Source: Minisyncoccota bacterium (GTDB lineage: Bacteria; Patescibacteriota; Minisyncoccia; UBA6257; GWB1-50-10). Taken from it: 64,000 bases of DNA. The notes beneath the pieces were generated by a model. It ran no database searches, was not told where the DNA came from, and worked only from the letters and a program-made list of their open reading frames with translations. The translations under genes and the position numbers were made by a program. Shown here one piece after another: positions 9,398 through 19,645 of the stretch. Within the stretch, counting starts at the first letter, position 1. Each line of letters starts with the position of its first letter. The stretch covers positions 161 to 64,160 of the forward strand of contig DATLZO010000019.1 of the NCBI GenBank assembly GCA_035573955.1. The letters run 5' to 3'.

Positions 9398-11134
9398 CTA
9401 TGACCGCGTGGCTGTTTCTTTTGCGATGCGGTTCAAAAAATTCTCGATACCTACCTTCATGTTTGTCTTGTTGTGCCTTTCGCGGACACTCAAAATCTTT
9501 TCTTTCATTTCTTTTTCGCCGACTACGACGATGTAGGGAATCTTTTCCAATTCCGCTTGCCTCACGTTTTTGCCGAGCGTTTCACTCTCCGGTGCGAGGT
9601 CTGCCCTGATGTTTTTTTCTTGGAAGAGTTTCAGAAGTTTCTTTGCGTAGTCGCCGGATTTTTCGGAAACCGGAACGACGCGAACCTGAATTGGTGCAAG
9701 CCAGACCGGAAATTCTCCGGCATAGTGCTCAATAAGGACAGAAAGAAACCGCTCGATAGAACCCATGATGGCGGCGTGGATCATTACGATGCGTTCCTTC
9801 GCGCCCTTTTCATTTATGCAGGTTAGGTCGAATCGCTCCGGCATGTTCATGTCGAGCTGGATCGTGGCAACCTGCCATTCGCGCCCTAGCGAGTCCTTCG
9901 CCATGAAGTCGAGCTTCGGGCCGTAGAAGGCGGCTTCACCCACAGCTTCCACGCATTTCACCCGGCGGAATTTCACAACCTTACGAAGGATATCCTCCGC
10001 CTCTTTCCATAGTTTCTTATCACCGAGGTATTTATCCGGCTGTTTTGGGTCGTGGAGCGATAATCGGAGGGTGAGCTTCAGGCCAAATGTCTCGTAGAAT
10101 TCTTTTACAATATCCCAAATCTTGAGAAATTCTTCCTTTGCCTGGGCCATGCGGCAGAAGACGTGAGCGTCGTCCTGGGTGAAGCTTCGTGCTCGGGAGA
10201 GACCTGCGAGTTCTCCAGTTTGTTCGTCGCGGTAGCACATGGTGGTGTTCGAATAGCGCTGAGGCAGTTCGCGGTAGCTCCATTGCCGGCGGGCGTAGAT
10301 CTGCGTATGGTGAGGACAGTTCATCGGTTTCATGGCGAAAAGATGTCCCTCGCGCGTCGTTATCTTGAAAAGTTCGTCTTTGAACTTGGCCCAATGTCCG
10401 CTTTTCTCATAAAGATCCTTCTTAGTTATATGAGGAATTTCTACGCGTTCATAGCCGCGCGCGCGTCTCAGCTGCCAGACGAAATCATCAAGCAGGTTCC
10501 GGAGGAGTGTGCCTTTTGGCGTCCAAAGAGGGAGCCCTGCGCCGACCAGGTCGGAGAAAGTGAAAAGGTCGAGTTCGGGGCCGAGTTTCTTATGGTCCCG
10601 TTTCCTCGTTTCCTCGAGCATCGTAAGATGTGCTTCAAGCTCCTTTTTCGTGCCAAAAGCAAGGCCGTAGATTCTCGTGAGTTGAGGGTTTTTTTCGTCG
10701 CCGCGCCAATAGGCGCCGGCGATGTGTGAGAGTTTGAATGCGTCAGTTTTTATTTCGCTGGTCGATTTCACATGTCCGCCGCGGCAGAGATCGGCAAAGA
10801 CGTCACCGGTTCTGTAAATCGTTAGTTTTTTCCCTTCTGCCGCGAAATCTCTGATGAGGTCCAGTTTGAACGGCTGATCGGCGAATAATTTTTTAACCTC
10901 GGCTGCCGTGACCTGCTCTCCCTTAAATGGCAGTTTTCTCTTTATAAGGTCCCGCATTATTTTTTCCAGATCTTTCAGATCTTCTGGCGATAGTGAGTGA
11001 GGGAGCAAGAAATCGTAATAGAAGCCGTTTTCGATGGTCGGACCGATGCCGAGTTTCGCATCAGGGAATTTTTTCAAAACTGCGGCAGCCAAGAGATGGG
11101 CGAGCGAATGGCGGACGTTCTCGATGTTTTGCAT
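9398..11134 (-). CDS. thrS: Threonine-tRNA ligase (no N-terminal TGS domain)
   Basis: RHSLAHLL, DLCRGGH, KPMNCPHH, AFYGPKLD; start at MQNIENVRHS. Confidence 0.97.
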   Translation of the reverse strand: MQNIENVRHSLAHLLAAAVLKKFPDAKLGIGPTIENGFYYDFLLPHSLSPEDLKDLEKIMRDLIKRKLPFKGEQVTAAEVKKLFADQPFKLDLIRDFAAEGKKLTIYRTGDVFADLCRGGHVKSTSEIKTDAFKLSHIAGAYWRGDEKNPQLTRIYGLAFGTKKELEAHLTMLEETRKRDHKKLGPELDLFTFSDLVGAGLPLWTPKGTLLRNLLDDFVWQLRRARGYERVEIPHITKKDLYEKSGHWAKFKDELFKITTREGHLFAMKPMNCPHHTQIYARRQWSYRELPQRYSNTTMCYRDEQTGELAGLSRARSFTQDDAHVFCRMAQAKEEFLKIWDIVKEFYETFGLKLTLRLSLHDPKQPDKYLGDKKLWKEAEDILRKVVKFRRVKCVEAVGEAAFYGPKLDFMAKDSLGREWQVATIQLDMNMPERFDLTCINEKGAKERIVMIHAAIMGSIERFLSVLIEHYAGEFPVWLAPIQVRVVPVSEKSGDYAKKLLKLFQEKNIRADLAPESETLGKNVRQAELEKIPYIVVVGEKEMKEKILSVRERHNKTNMKVGIENFLNRIAKETATRS

Positions 11135-11157
11135 GATTTTCATTATATCAAGCACTT

Positions 11158-14100
11158 TTAGAGCTCTTTCACGGCGTTCACAATGACTTTCGGCTCGCCG
11201 CCTTTGAACGAGAGACGGCCGTCGATCATCACCGCTTTGTTCTCTTGCCAAATGTCTGGATTCTTCGAGAGGACGTCGGAGAAGACCAACACTTCGGTTG
11301 AGCCGGAATTGTCTTCCATGTTCACAAAAAGCATTGGGTCGCCACGCTTGGTGAATATTTTATGGATGCCGGTGATAACGCCAGCAAGGATTAGGCGCGC
11401 GGAGCCGTTTGCAATGTTCTCCGGCTTCGCTCCTGCGATGCGCTTTAAAGGCACCGTCTGCTTCTTCAGTTTCGGTGCATAGATATTAAAAGGGTGGTCG
11501 GTGATGTAGAGACCCAGAAGTTCTTTTTCCCAAATGAGCATCATCTTCTTATCAGTTGGCTCGCCCCCGTTCGCGAACTTGGCGGTCATGAGCTCCAGAC
11601 CGGCGTTACCGAAAAGTGAATCCTGACTCGAGGCCGACATTTTCTTGGCGGCCTGGTTGAAACGGACTATTTCCTCAATGTTCCCGAGCGCTTTTGCCCT
11701 GTCGACGCCCAGAGAATCTAGAGCTCCGCATTTAATGAGTGCTTCGAGTGACTTCTTATTCAGGTCGCGGTGCTGGATGCGGGATAGAAATTCGCTGAAG
11801 TTACGGAAGGGACCGCCGCGGCTCCTTTCTTTTATTATCTCTTCTACGATGTTCCCGCCCAAGTTCTTAATGGCAAGAAGGCCGAAGCGGATGTTGCCGC
11901 CGTCAACGGTGAAGTCCTGTAGACTCTGATTCACATCCGGCGGTAGGACTTTGATCTTAAGGCGCTTGGCTTCGTTGATGAGGAAGTTTATTCGCTCAAC
12001 ATCGTTTTCGGAGACGTTCAATAAGCTTGTCATGAACTCCACCGGGAAGTGTGCTTTCAGATAGGCGGTGCGGTAGCTTATCAAGGCATAAGCCGCGCCG
12101 TGGCTCTTGTTGAAGCCGTATCTCGCGAAAGGCGGAAATAGTTCCCAGATCTGGTGGGCCGTTTTTATGTCGATGCCGTTATTGATGAGACCGTTTAGAA
12201 GTTTTTCTTTCTGCTCATCGAGAAGTTTTTTGATCTTTTTGCCGATCGCTTTTCGCAGAGTATCAGCTTCGGCGAGCGTGAAACCGGCTAAGTCCCTCGC
12301 GATGCGCATCATCTGTTCCTGGTAGACGCCAACGCCGTAGGTCTTCTCGAGGATTGGTTCGAGGCGGGGATGAATGTAACTCACCTTCTCGCGGCCGAAC
12401 TTCCGCTTGATATAGAGTGGAATCAATTCCATGGGCCCCGGCCGGTAGAGTGAGATCATCACGATGATATCCTCGAGTTCGGTGGGTTTTAATTCCTTAA
12501 GGTAGCGACGCATGCCGGACGATTCTAACTGAAAGACTCCTGTCATCTCGGCACTCTGGAAAAGTTCGAAGGTTTTTTCATCATTCAAGGGTAGGTTATT
12601 CACGTCTATATCGATGCCGTGCAACTCTTTCACAAGGCGTAGTGTTTTTTCGATAATGGTGAGATTGCGTAGTCCGAGCAGGTCCATTTTCAGAAGACCT
12701 AAGTCCTCGATGGAGTGCATCTCGAACTGGGTGATGATGGCATCATTTCCCTGAGGTGCTCGCTGAAGCGGGACAAATTCCACTAGCGGATAGCTCGAAA
12801 TAACGATGCCGCAGGCGTGGACCGAAGCGTGCCGCACCGTTCCCTCAAGCTTCAGTGCCGCTTCGATCATCTTCTTCGCGTCTTCGTTCTTCTCCATTAT
12901 TTCCTTCAGTTCCGGAACGGTCTCAATCGCTTGCTTTAGGGGCGCGTTGAAAGGGATAAGTTTTGCGATCTGGTCGCAAAAACCGTAGGGGAGTCCGAGC
13001 GCTCGGCCGGCGTCGCGAATCGCAGCGCGGGCCATCATTGTCCCGAAAGTAATGATCTGGGCGACCTTGTCATGGCCGTATTTATCCTTGATATAAGCGA
13101 TGACTTCGTCACGGCGGGTGTCGGTGAAATCGATGTCGATATCCGGTACCTGGATGCGGTCGGGGTTCAAGAATCTCTCGAAAAGTAGGTCGTACTTCAA
13201 TGGATCAACGTCAGTGATGCCGAGAATGTAGGATACGATGCTGCCTGCAGCCGAACCACGACCGGGTCCCACCACGATGCCGTGGGATTTAGCCCAGTTC
13301 ACGAAATCCTGGACGATGAGAAAATAATTCGCGAAGCCTGTTTTCTCGATGACGCTGAGTTCGTGGTTCACTCTTTCTTTAATCTCATCCGAGGCGTCCT
13401 TGTAGCGTTCGGGCAGCTTTTCGGCAACGAGTTTATTGAGGTAACTCATCGCGTTTTCTCCCTCGGGAAGAGGGAAGGTGGGGAGATGCGTTTGATTCAG
13501 GTCTATCTCGAGGTTGCACTTGTCGGCGATGCGGCCTGTGTTTTCGATCGCCTCGGGAATATGCTTGAAGATCTCCGCCATTTCCTCGGGCGAGCGGAGG
13601 GAAACATCGAAGTTCTTGAATGAAAAGCGGTCCCGATCCTCAAGTTTGGTGTTTGTTTGGACAGCGAGGAGAATTTCATGGGCGGTTTTATCGTCTGGCA
13701 AAACGTAGTGGACGTCCTGGGTGGCAACGATGGGGATTTTGAGCTTTTCCGAGAGCGTGAGGACGAGTTTGTGGATACCAGGTTCGTGTGGCTGGATTTC
13801 AAGGTAGAAATCCTCCCCGAAGACAGACTGGTACCATTTTGCAGCTTCCTCCGCTTCGCCGAGCTTGCCGGAAGAAAGAAGGCGAGCGATCTCGCCGGAG
13901 AAGCACGCTGAAAGACAGACCAGTCCTTCGGCATGTTTCAAGAGCAGTTCCTTGTCGATGCGCGGTTTATAATAAAAGCCGTCGGTTGCGGCGATGGTGG
14001 CAAGTTTCACCAGGTTTTTCCAACCTGCCTTGTTTTTGGCCAGTAGTATGAGATGATAGCGCAGTTCGTCTATGCCCGGTCTCTTATTGAGGTGGCCGTG

Positions 14101-14313
14101 GGGGGCGAGATATGCCTCCATGCCTAAAATCGGTTTCAATCCCTCTTTTTTCGCCTTTTTGTAGAACTCGATTGCGCCGTAGAGGTTGCCGTGGTCAGTT
14201 AGGGCAATAGAGTCCATTCCGAGCGCCTTGGTTCTCGCGATAATATCTTCTATTTTCCCGAGACCGTCGAGGAGGGAGTAGTGGGAGTGAACATGGAGGT
14301 GGGTAAATTTCAT
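11158..14313 (-). CDS. dnaE: DNA polymerase III alpha subunit
   Basis: HLHVHSHYSLLDG PHP domain, GRGSAAGS, PDIDIDF, YGFNKSH. Confidence 0.97.
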   Translation of the reverse strand: MKFTHLHVHSHYSLLDGLGKIEDIIARTKALGMDSIALTDHGNLYGAIEFYKKAKKEGLKPILGMEAYLAPHGHLNKRPGIDELRYHLILLAKNKAGWKNLVKLATIAATDGFYYKPRIDKELLLKHAEGLVCLSACFSGEIARLLSSGKLGEAEEAAKWYQSVFGEDFYLEIQPHEPGIHKLVLTLSEKLKIPIVATQDVHYVLPDDKTAHEILLAVQTNTKLEDRDRFSFKNFDVSLRSPEEMAEIFKHIPEAIENTGRIADKCNLEIDLNQTHLPTFPLPEGENAMSYLNKLVAEKLPERYKDASDEIKERVNHELSVIEKTGFANYFLIVQDFVNWAKSHGIVVGPGRGSAAGSIVSYILGITDVDPLKYDLLFERFLNPDRIQVPDIDIDFTDTRRDEVIAYIKDKYGHDKVAQIITFGTMMARAAIRDAGRALGLPYGFCDQIAKLIPFNAPLKQAIETVPELKEIMEKNEDAKKMIEAALKLEGTVRHASVHACGIVISSYPLVEFVPLQRAPQGNDAIITQFEMHSIEDLGLLKMDLLGLRNLTIIEKTLRLVKELHGIDIDVNNLPLNDEKTFELFQSAEMTGVFQLESSGMRRYLKELKPTELEDIIVMISLYRPGPMELIPLYIKRKFGREKVSYIHPRLEPILEKTYGVGVYQEQMMRIARDLAGFTLAEADTLRKAIGKKIKKLLDEQKEKLLNGLINNGIDIKTAHQIWELFPPFARYGFNKSHGAAYALISYRTAYLKAHFPVEFMTSLLNVSENDVERINFLINEAKRLKIKVLPPDVNQSLQDFTVDGGNIRFGLLAIKNLGGNIVEEIIKERSRGGPFRNFSEFLSRIQHRDLNKKSLEALIKCGALDSLGVDRAKALGNIEEIVRFNQAAKKMSASSQDSLFGNAGLELMTAKFANGGEPTDKKMMLIWEKELLGLYITDHPFNIYAPKLKKQTVPLKRIAGAKPENIANGSARLILAGVITGIHKIFTKRGDPMLFVNMEDNSGSTEVLVFSDVLSKNPDIWQENKAVMIDGRLSFKGGEPKVIVNAVKEL

Positions 14314-14566
14314 GGTAGATAATAGGATTAGAATTCAGAAATTTATAATATCAAAAATTATTATACCTTTTCTGTAGATTTTATAAAGATTAACGATACT
14401 CTTTTCCCCCTCAATTTTGCACCATATTGTGCAAAATTGAGGAGTTTATTAATAATTTGTTCGGTGTTTCGGCGTTTCTATTTAGTTAGATTGCAAAGTT
14501 ATTAAGCCATGGCTTAATAACTGAGTAAAAGTTTAAAAGTTAAAATAAATAGTACAATTTAAACAA

Positions 14567-15250
14567 ATGCCCAAGAAAAAAATTATTGTCGGGATTAATA
14601 AAGTGGTGCGTGATGCTTCAAAAAAGCGGGCCTTTCATAACAAGTATGTTATCGGAATAGATGAAGTTGGGCGAGGACCTCTGGCTGGTCCTATCGTTGT
14701 CGCTGCCGTCGCCACGCCTTCCGGTTTCCGGCCGCGGGTAGGAGATCTTCCACTACGCGATTCCAAGAAGCTCACAGCGCTCCAGAAGGAGGGGTGGTTT
14801 GAGTATGTCCGGCAAGAGCCGAGAATTTCCTTCGCGACCGCAAGAGTGTATCCGAAGAACATCGACAGATTGAACGTGAGCCGGGCCGCGAACCGCGCCG
14901 CGACCAGAGCTTTTTTGAAACTAGCCACTAGCCAATGGGGTTTAGGATCTGTTGCAAAAGTTTACTTGGACGGCGGGTTGTATCTCGATAAAAGACCATT
15001 ATTGGCTAACGGTTACTCCCCAAATTCTAAGACGCTCGTGCGAGGTGATGAAAAAATAAACGCCATCAAACTTGCTTCCATTGTTGCTAAAGTCCAGCGC
15101 GATCGTTACATGGTGAAACTTCACAATAAGTATCCGCAGTACGGTTTTGACGAACATAAGGGCTACGGAACAAAAAAGCACCGGCAAGCGATTAAAAAAT
15201 ACGGTATCGCCTATTGTCATAGGAAAAGTTTCTGCAAGTTTGTATTATAA
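14567..15250 (+). CDS. rnhB: Ribonuclease HII
   Basis: GIDEVGRGPLAGP, DSKKL, ASIVAKVQRD, HKGYGT. Confidence 0.95.
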   Translation: MPKKKIIVGINKVVRDASKKRAFHNKYVIGIDEVGRGPLAGPIVVAAVATPSGFRPRVGDLPLRDSKKLTALQKEGWFEYVRQEPRISFATARVYPKNIDRLNVSRAANRAATRAFLKLATSQWGLGSVAKVYLDGGLYLDKRPLLANGYSPNSKTLVRGDEKINAIKLASIVAKVQRDRYMVKLHNKYPQYGFDEHKGYGTKKHRQAIKKYGIAYCHRKSFCKFVL

Positions 15251-15258
15251 TGTCAACA

Positions 15259-15888
15259 ATGAACAAAATAGTATTTATCGTAATCATAGTGATGGTAATT
15301 ATTGCGGCGGCAGTATATTCATCGAGGACCGGGACGCAAGAGGAACCGGCGAAGCAGCCAGTGCCGCAGAATAGTTCTTTAAACGAGTCCGATGCTCCGG
15401 TTATCACGCTTGAGACGAACTTTGGCGTCATCAAATTCAAGACATACCCCAAGGATGCCCCGAGGACAGTGGAAAACTTTATCACACTCGCCGAAAAAGG
15501 ATTTTACAATGGCCTCACGTTCCACCGCGTTATATCCGGATTCATGATCCAGGGCGGCGACCCTAACTGCAACTCTTCGACAACTTTAGGGCCGTGCGGC
15601 GCTGGTGGCCCCGGCTACAAATTCGACGATGAGCTCGATCCTAGAACTCCTTCCTACCAAGAAGGTTACAAAAAAGGTGTTGTGGCGATGGCGAACGCAG
15701 GGCCGAACACAAATGGCAGCCAGTTCTTCATAATGCTTGAAGATTATCCCTTGCCTAATCTCTACACCATTTTTGGCAAGGTGATCGAAGGCCAGGAAGT
15801 AGTTGATGCGATCGGCCGGGTTTCGACCGGCGCGAACGATCGGCCGCTTCAACAAATCACAATCGAGCGCGTGAAGGTGGAAATGTAG
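15259..15888 (+). CDS. Cyclophilin-type peptidyl-prolyl isomerase with N-terminal anchor
   Basis: FHRVISGFMIQGGDP, MANAGPNTNGSQFFI. Confidence 0.93.
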   Translation: MNKIVFIVIIVMVIIAAAVYSSRTGTQEEPAKQPVPQNSSLNESDAPVITLETNFGVIKFKTYPKDAPRTVENFITLAEKGFYNGLTFHRVISGFMIQGGDPNCNSSTTLGPCGAGGPGYKFDDELDPRTPSYQEGYKKGVVAMANAGPNTNGSQFFIMLEDYPLPNLYTIFGKVIEGQEVVDAIGRVSTGANDRPLQQITIERVKVEM

Positions 15889-15934
15889 AAAAATTGTTGA
15901 CTTACTGCAAAAATCGCGTTAGATTGGATTTATT

Positions 15935-16141
15935 ATGGGTGGCGTACCAGTAAAACATCATTCCAAATCCAAAGTCGGCCGGCGGCGGTCGCAGCTCGCT
16001 TTGAAAAAGCGGCGCCTTGTGGTTTGCTCGAATTGCAAGGGACCGACGTTGCCACATAGAGCGTGTCCGCAGTGTGGTGCTTACGCAAAGTCAGAAAGAT
16101 CAAACGTCAATGTTGAGAAAGTCCGACCTCCCAAAAATTGA
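15935..16141 (+). CDS. rpmF: 50S ribosomal protein L32
   Basis: VPVKHHSKSK...RRS, CxxC..PHRACxxCG. Confidence 0.92.
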   Translation: MGGVPVKHHSKSKVGRRRSQLALKKRRLVVCSNCKGPTLPHRACPQCGAYAKSERSNVNVEKVRPPKN

Positions 16142-16169
16142 CTTTAATATTTAGGAGGTCGGACTTTCC
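16099..16169. repeat. REP-like palindromic doublet overlapping rpmF 3' end
   Basis: 14-bp inverted repeat AAAGTCCGACCTCC/GGAGGTCGGACTTT; related copies at 48543, 51444, 19581. Confidence 0.7.
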
Positions 16170-16207
16170 ATAAATTGAACGTTAGTATTTTAGTATTTTA
16201 ACAACTC

Positions 16208-16666
16208 ATGGCCACGAGACATTTAGCGAGAACGATAGTCATCCAATCGCTTTACGAGTGGGATTTTTATAATCGTGAAACCGACCTCATTAAGATTGTG
16301 GATAGGAACATGTCGAATTTCGGCGCGGGAATAGACGAGCCAGATTTCGTTTGGCGCATGGTGAAAGGAGTGGTGGAACACTTGAAGGACATTGATGCGG
16401 TGATTGAGAAAGCAGCGCCGGAGTGGCCTATCCAGAAGATAGCCATCGTTGACCGCAACATCCTCCGTTTGGGTCTTTATGAACTACTCTACGCTGACAA
16501 GAACGAGGTGCCGCCCAAGGTCGCCATTAATGAAGCGATAGAGATTGCCAAAAACTACAGCGGCCCCAATTCGCCGAAGTTTGTGAATGGAGTTTTAGGC
16601 ACCATCTATCGGCAAATGACTACTGCCCAAGAGGATACTCCGGCTGAAGGAGAAAGGAAGAAATGA
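16208..16666 (+). CDS. nusB: Antitermination factor NusB
   Basis: RHLAR..IQSLY, DRNILRL, VAINEAIEIAK, FVNGVLG. Confidence 0.96.
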   Translation: MATRHLARTIVIQSLYEWDFYNRETDLIKIVDRNMSNFGAGIDEPDFVWRMVKGVVEHLKDIDAVIEKAAPEWPIQKIAIVDRNILRLGLYELLYADKNEVPPKVAINEAIEIAKNYSGPNSPKFVNGVLGTIYRQMTTAQEDTPAEGERKK

Positions 16667-17367
16667 AGGAAATAATGTCGGAACTGAAGAAACTTGAGGA
16701 GAAGATCGGCGTCGATTTTAGGAACAAGGCGCTTTTGCTCGAGGCGGTCACGCACCGTTCATATCTCAACGAAAACCCAGGTGTGAGAACGGGTAACAAC
16801 GAGCGATTGGAATATCTCGGCGACGCGGTTCTCGAACTTGTTGTGACGGAGAGACTCTTCAATGAATTCCCGGAGAGTCAGGAAGGTGAACTCACTCTTA
16901 TCCGCGCCGCGCTTGTGAATTATGTTATGCTCGCGAGAGTAGCGAGAGAAATAGGTCTCGAGGGTTATATACTTCTCTCGCGCGGCGAGGCGAAGGATTT
17001 AGGTAAAGCAAGGGAGGTTATCCTTGCAAACGCTATCGAGGCGGTGATTGGTGCGATACACCTCGACAAGGGATACGAAGCTGCAAAGACCTTCATCGAG
17101 AGAAACATCATTCGTCACCTTAAGGAGGTGACGGAGAACGGCGCCTACCGTGACCCGAAGAGCAAGCTCCAGGAACTCATCCAGGAAAAAATGAAGTCCA
17201 CACCGACCTATAGTGTCTTGGAAGAAAAAGGGCCCGACCACGCCAGGGAATTTATCGTTGGTGTCTATTTCGGCGGTGAGCTCCAAGCGAAGGGTAGCGG
17301 TAGTTCCAAGCAGGAAGCGGAGAATAAGGCGGCGGAAGAGGCTCTGAAGGTGTTCGGACAGAAATGA
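16663..17367 (+). CDS. rnc: Ribonuclease III
   Basis: NERLEYLGDAVL, dsRBD DPKSKLQE. Confidence 0.97.
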   Translation: MKEIMSELKKLEEKIGVDFRNKALLLEAVTHRSYLNENPGVRTGNNERLEYLGDAVLELVVTERLFNEFPESQEGELTLIRAALVNYVMLARVAREIGLEGYILLSRGEAKDLGKAREVILANAIEAVIGAIHLDKGYEAAKTFIERNIIRHLKEVTENGAYRDPKSKLQELIQEKMKSTPTYSVLEEKGPDHAREFIVGVYFGGELQAKGSGSSKQEAENKAAEEALKVFGQK

Positions 17368-19544
17368 CCAATTTCCTTAAAAGGCTCGAATTGCATGGTT
17401 TCAAATCTTTCGCCGGAAAGACGGTTCTGGAGTTCCCAGCGCGGATAGTAGGCGTTGTTGGTCCCAACGGTTCTGGCAAATCTAATGTTATTGACGCACT
17501 GCGGTGGGTTTTGGGCGAACGCGAAGCCAAGCATCTACGCGGTGAGACTCTCGACAACCTTATCTTCGCTGGCAGTCAGAAGAAAGCGGCTGTAGGGCTT
17601 GCCCGTGTCACCATCTATTTTGACAACAAAGACAGGGATTTTCCTGTCGAAGCCGAGGAGGTTGCCGTTTCCCGGAAAATAGATCGGTCGGGTGTGAGTG
17701 AGTTCTCGGTGAACGATGTGGAAGTGAAACTGAAGGAGCTAATCCCGATGCTTGCCCGGGCGCGTCTCGGGTCGCGGGGACTCACCATTGTCGGTCAGGG
17801 CGAGAGCGACATATTTGTCCGTTCCACGCCCGAAGAGCGACGAGAGATGATCGAAGAAATTCTGGGTTTGCGCGAATTTCGCCTGAAAAAGCACGGCTGC
17901 GAACGGCGGCTCGAGGCGAGCGAGGTGAACATGGAAAAGGTAAAAGCAATGATTGACGAGCTCACGCCCCATCTTCGTCTCCTTCGAAGGCAGAAATCTC
18001 GCTTCGAGAAAAGAAATGAAATCGCCGAAAATTTGAAGAAAACCGAAAACGAGTATTTCGGACACCACTACTCTGAAATGAAATCCGCCCTTGAGGAAAT
18101 TAACAGGCCAATCCGCGAGGCGGGCGAAAGCCAGAAGTTGAAGGAAGAAGAGATAAGAAAGATTAGTGAGGACTTGAAGAAGATAAATCTCCGAAGTAAA
18201 AGTTCCCGACGGACGAGGGAACTGCAGAGCGAGATCATCAATCTTATGAACCGCAAGTTCGAGATAGAGAAGGAGACCGGACGGCTCGAGGCGAAAATAG
18301 AGTTTCAGAAATCGGTGCCTGGCCGCAGCACATCTTTCGAGGAGATGGAGAACGCTGTCAAGGAGTTTACGGAGAGCGTCGAAGAGATGCTCGGTTTGGA
18401 TGATATCGAGCGCATCAAGGAGAAGCTGAGGAGTTGGCTTGTCCGTTTTCAGGAAATGTTCCGCAGGAAGACCGGCGAATCTTCGGCGGAACTCGTGTCA
18501 GATCTTGATGATCTCAGGAATAAGCTTGCGGAGATAGACGCCGCAATCAGGGAAAAACGGGCCGAGGAGGAGAAGTTTACAGAGGAACAGGATGCCTGGA
18601 ACGAGGAGTTTCGGCGTAAAGTGGAGGAATTGGAAACTCGGAAGAACGAATTACGCGATCTGGAGCACAGGATCCAAGGGTATCTTCTCGACCGCCAGCG
18701 TCTGGAGCTTCGGATGGGCGAGTTGGAAAGGGAATGGGTTTCGTACGGTCGGGAAGCAGCGGAACTCGGAAAATTACCGCACCCAGGAGCGCAAGTGGAT
18801 TCGGCTGCGTTGGAAAAGAAAATGGTTCGTCTACGGGGCGAACTTGCTGCTATCGGCGAGATAGACGAGAGCATGATGAAAGAGGCGCTCGAGAGCGAGG
18901 AGCGTTACGAATTCCTCACAAAGGAGTACAAGGATCTAGAGCACGCCATCCGCGACCTTAAAGGACTCATCAAGGATTTAGATAATAAAATTCACACAAG
19001 TTTTAAATCATCCTTCCGTCAGATAAACGACGAGTTCAACAATTATTTCCGCCTGATGTTCCACGGAGGCAAGGCAAAACTGAAGCTTGAAGTTTACAAA
19101 CCAAGGGTTCAGAAATCTGCGGAAAGTGTGGAAGATGCAGAAGCTGGGGGAGAGTTGGTCGAAACCGAACCGAAAGCAGCTGAGTCGAGTGAGGAAGAGC
19201 ACGAACTTAGGGCCGGGATAGAAATAGATCTTGCTGTGCCGCGGAAAGGTATTAAGGGCATCGATATGCTCTCCGGAGGCGAGCGGAGCCTCGTTTCCAT
19301 GGCAGCTCTATTCGCCTTGATTGCCGTCTCGCCACCGCCTTTCCTTGTTCTCGATGAAATCGACGCGGCCTTGGACGAGGAGAACGCTCGCCGCTTCGCC
19401 GAGCTCATCAAGGAATTCTCAAAGAAGACACAGTTCGTTCTCGTTACCCATAACCGCTCGACGATGGAGGCGGCGGACGTCCTTTACGGAGTCACCATGG
19501 GTGAAGACGGAATTTCCAAAGTTCTTTCGTTAAAACTGGAATAA
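17364..19544 (+). CDS. smc: SMC-family ATPase, short (726 aa)
   Basis: GFKSF, GPNGSGKSN, LSGGE, LDEIDAALD; coiled coil; scpAB present in window. Confidence 0.85.
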   Translation: MTNFLKRLELHGFKSFAGKTVLEFPARIVGVVGPNGSGKSNVIDALRWVLGEREAKHLRGETLDNLIFAGSQKKAAVGLARVTIYFDNKDRDFPVEAEEVAVSRKIDRSGVSEFSVNDVEVKLKELIPMLARARLGSRGLTIVGQGESDIFVRSTPEERREMIEEILGLREFRLKKHGCERRLEASEVNMEKVKAMIDELTPHLRLLRRQKSRFEKRNEIAENLKKTENEYFGHHYSEMKSALEEINRPIREAGESQKLKEEEIRKISEDLKKINLRSKSSRRTRELQSEIINLMNRKFEIEKETGRLEAKIEFQKSVPGRSTSFEEMENAVKEFTESVEEMLGLDDIERIKEKLRSWLVRFQEMFRRKTGESSAELVSDLDDLRNKLAEIDAAIREKRAEEEKFTEEQDAWNEEFRRKVEELETRKNELRDLEHRIQGYLLDRQRLELRMGELEREWVSYGREAAELGKLPHPGAQVDSAALEKKMVRLRGELAAIGEIDESMMKEALESEERYEFLTKEYKDLEHAIRDLKGLIKDLDNKIHTSFKSSFRQINDEFNNYFRLMFHGGKAKLKLEVYKPRVQKSAESVEDAEAGGELVETEPKAAESSEEEHELRAGIEIDLAVPRKGIKGIDMLSGGERSLVSMAALFALIAVSPPPFLVLDEIDAALDEENARRFAELIKEFSKKTQFVLVTHNRSTMEAADVLYGVTMGEDGISKVLSLKLE

Positions 19545-19645
19545 ATATATGGTGATATACTTAAAAGTAATACCACCTTACAACTTCCAATATTCTAAGT
19601 ATTGACGTTTGATTTTAGGATGTCGGAAGTCCTAATATTGAAAGT

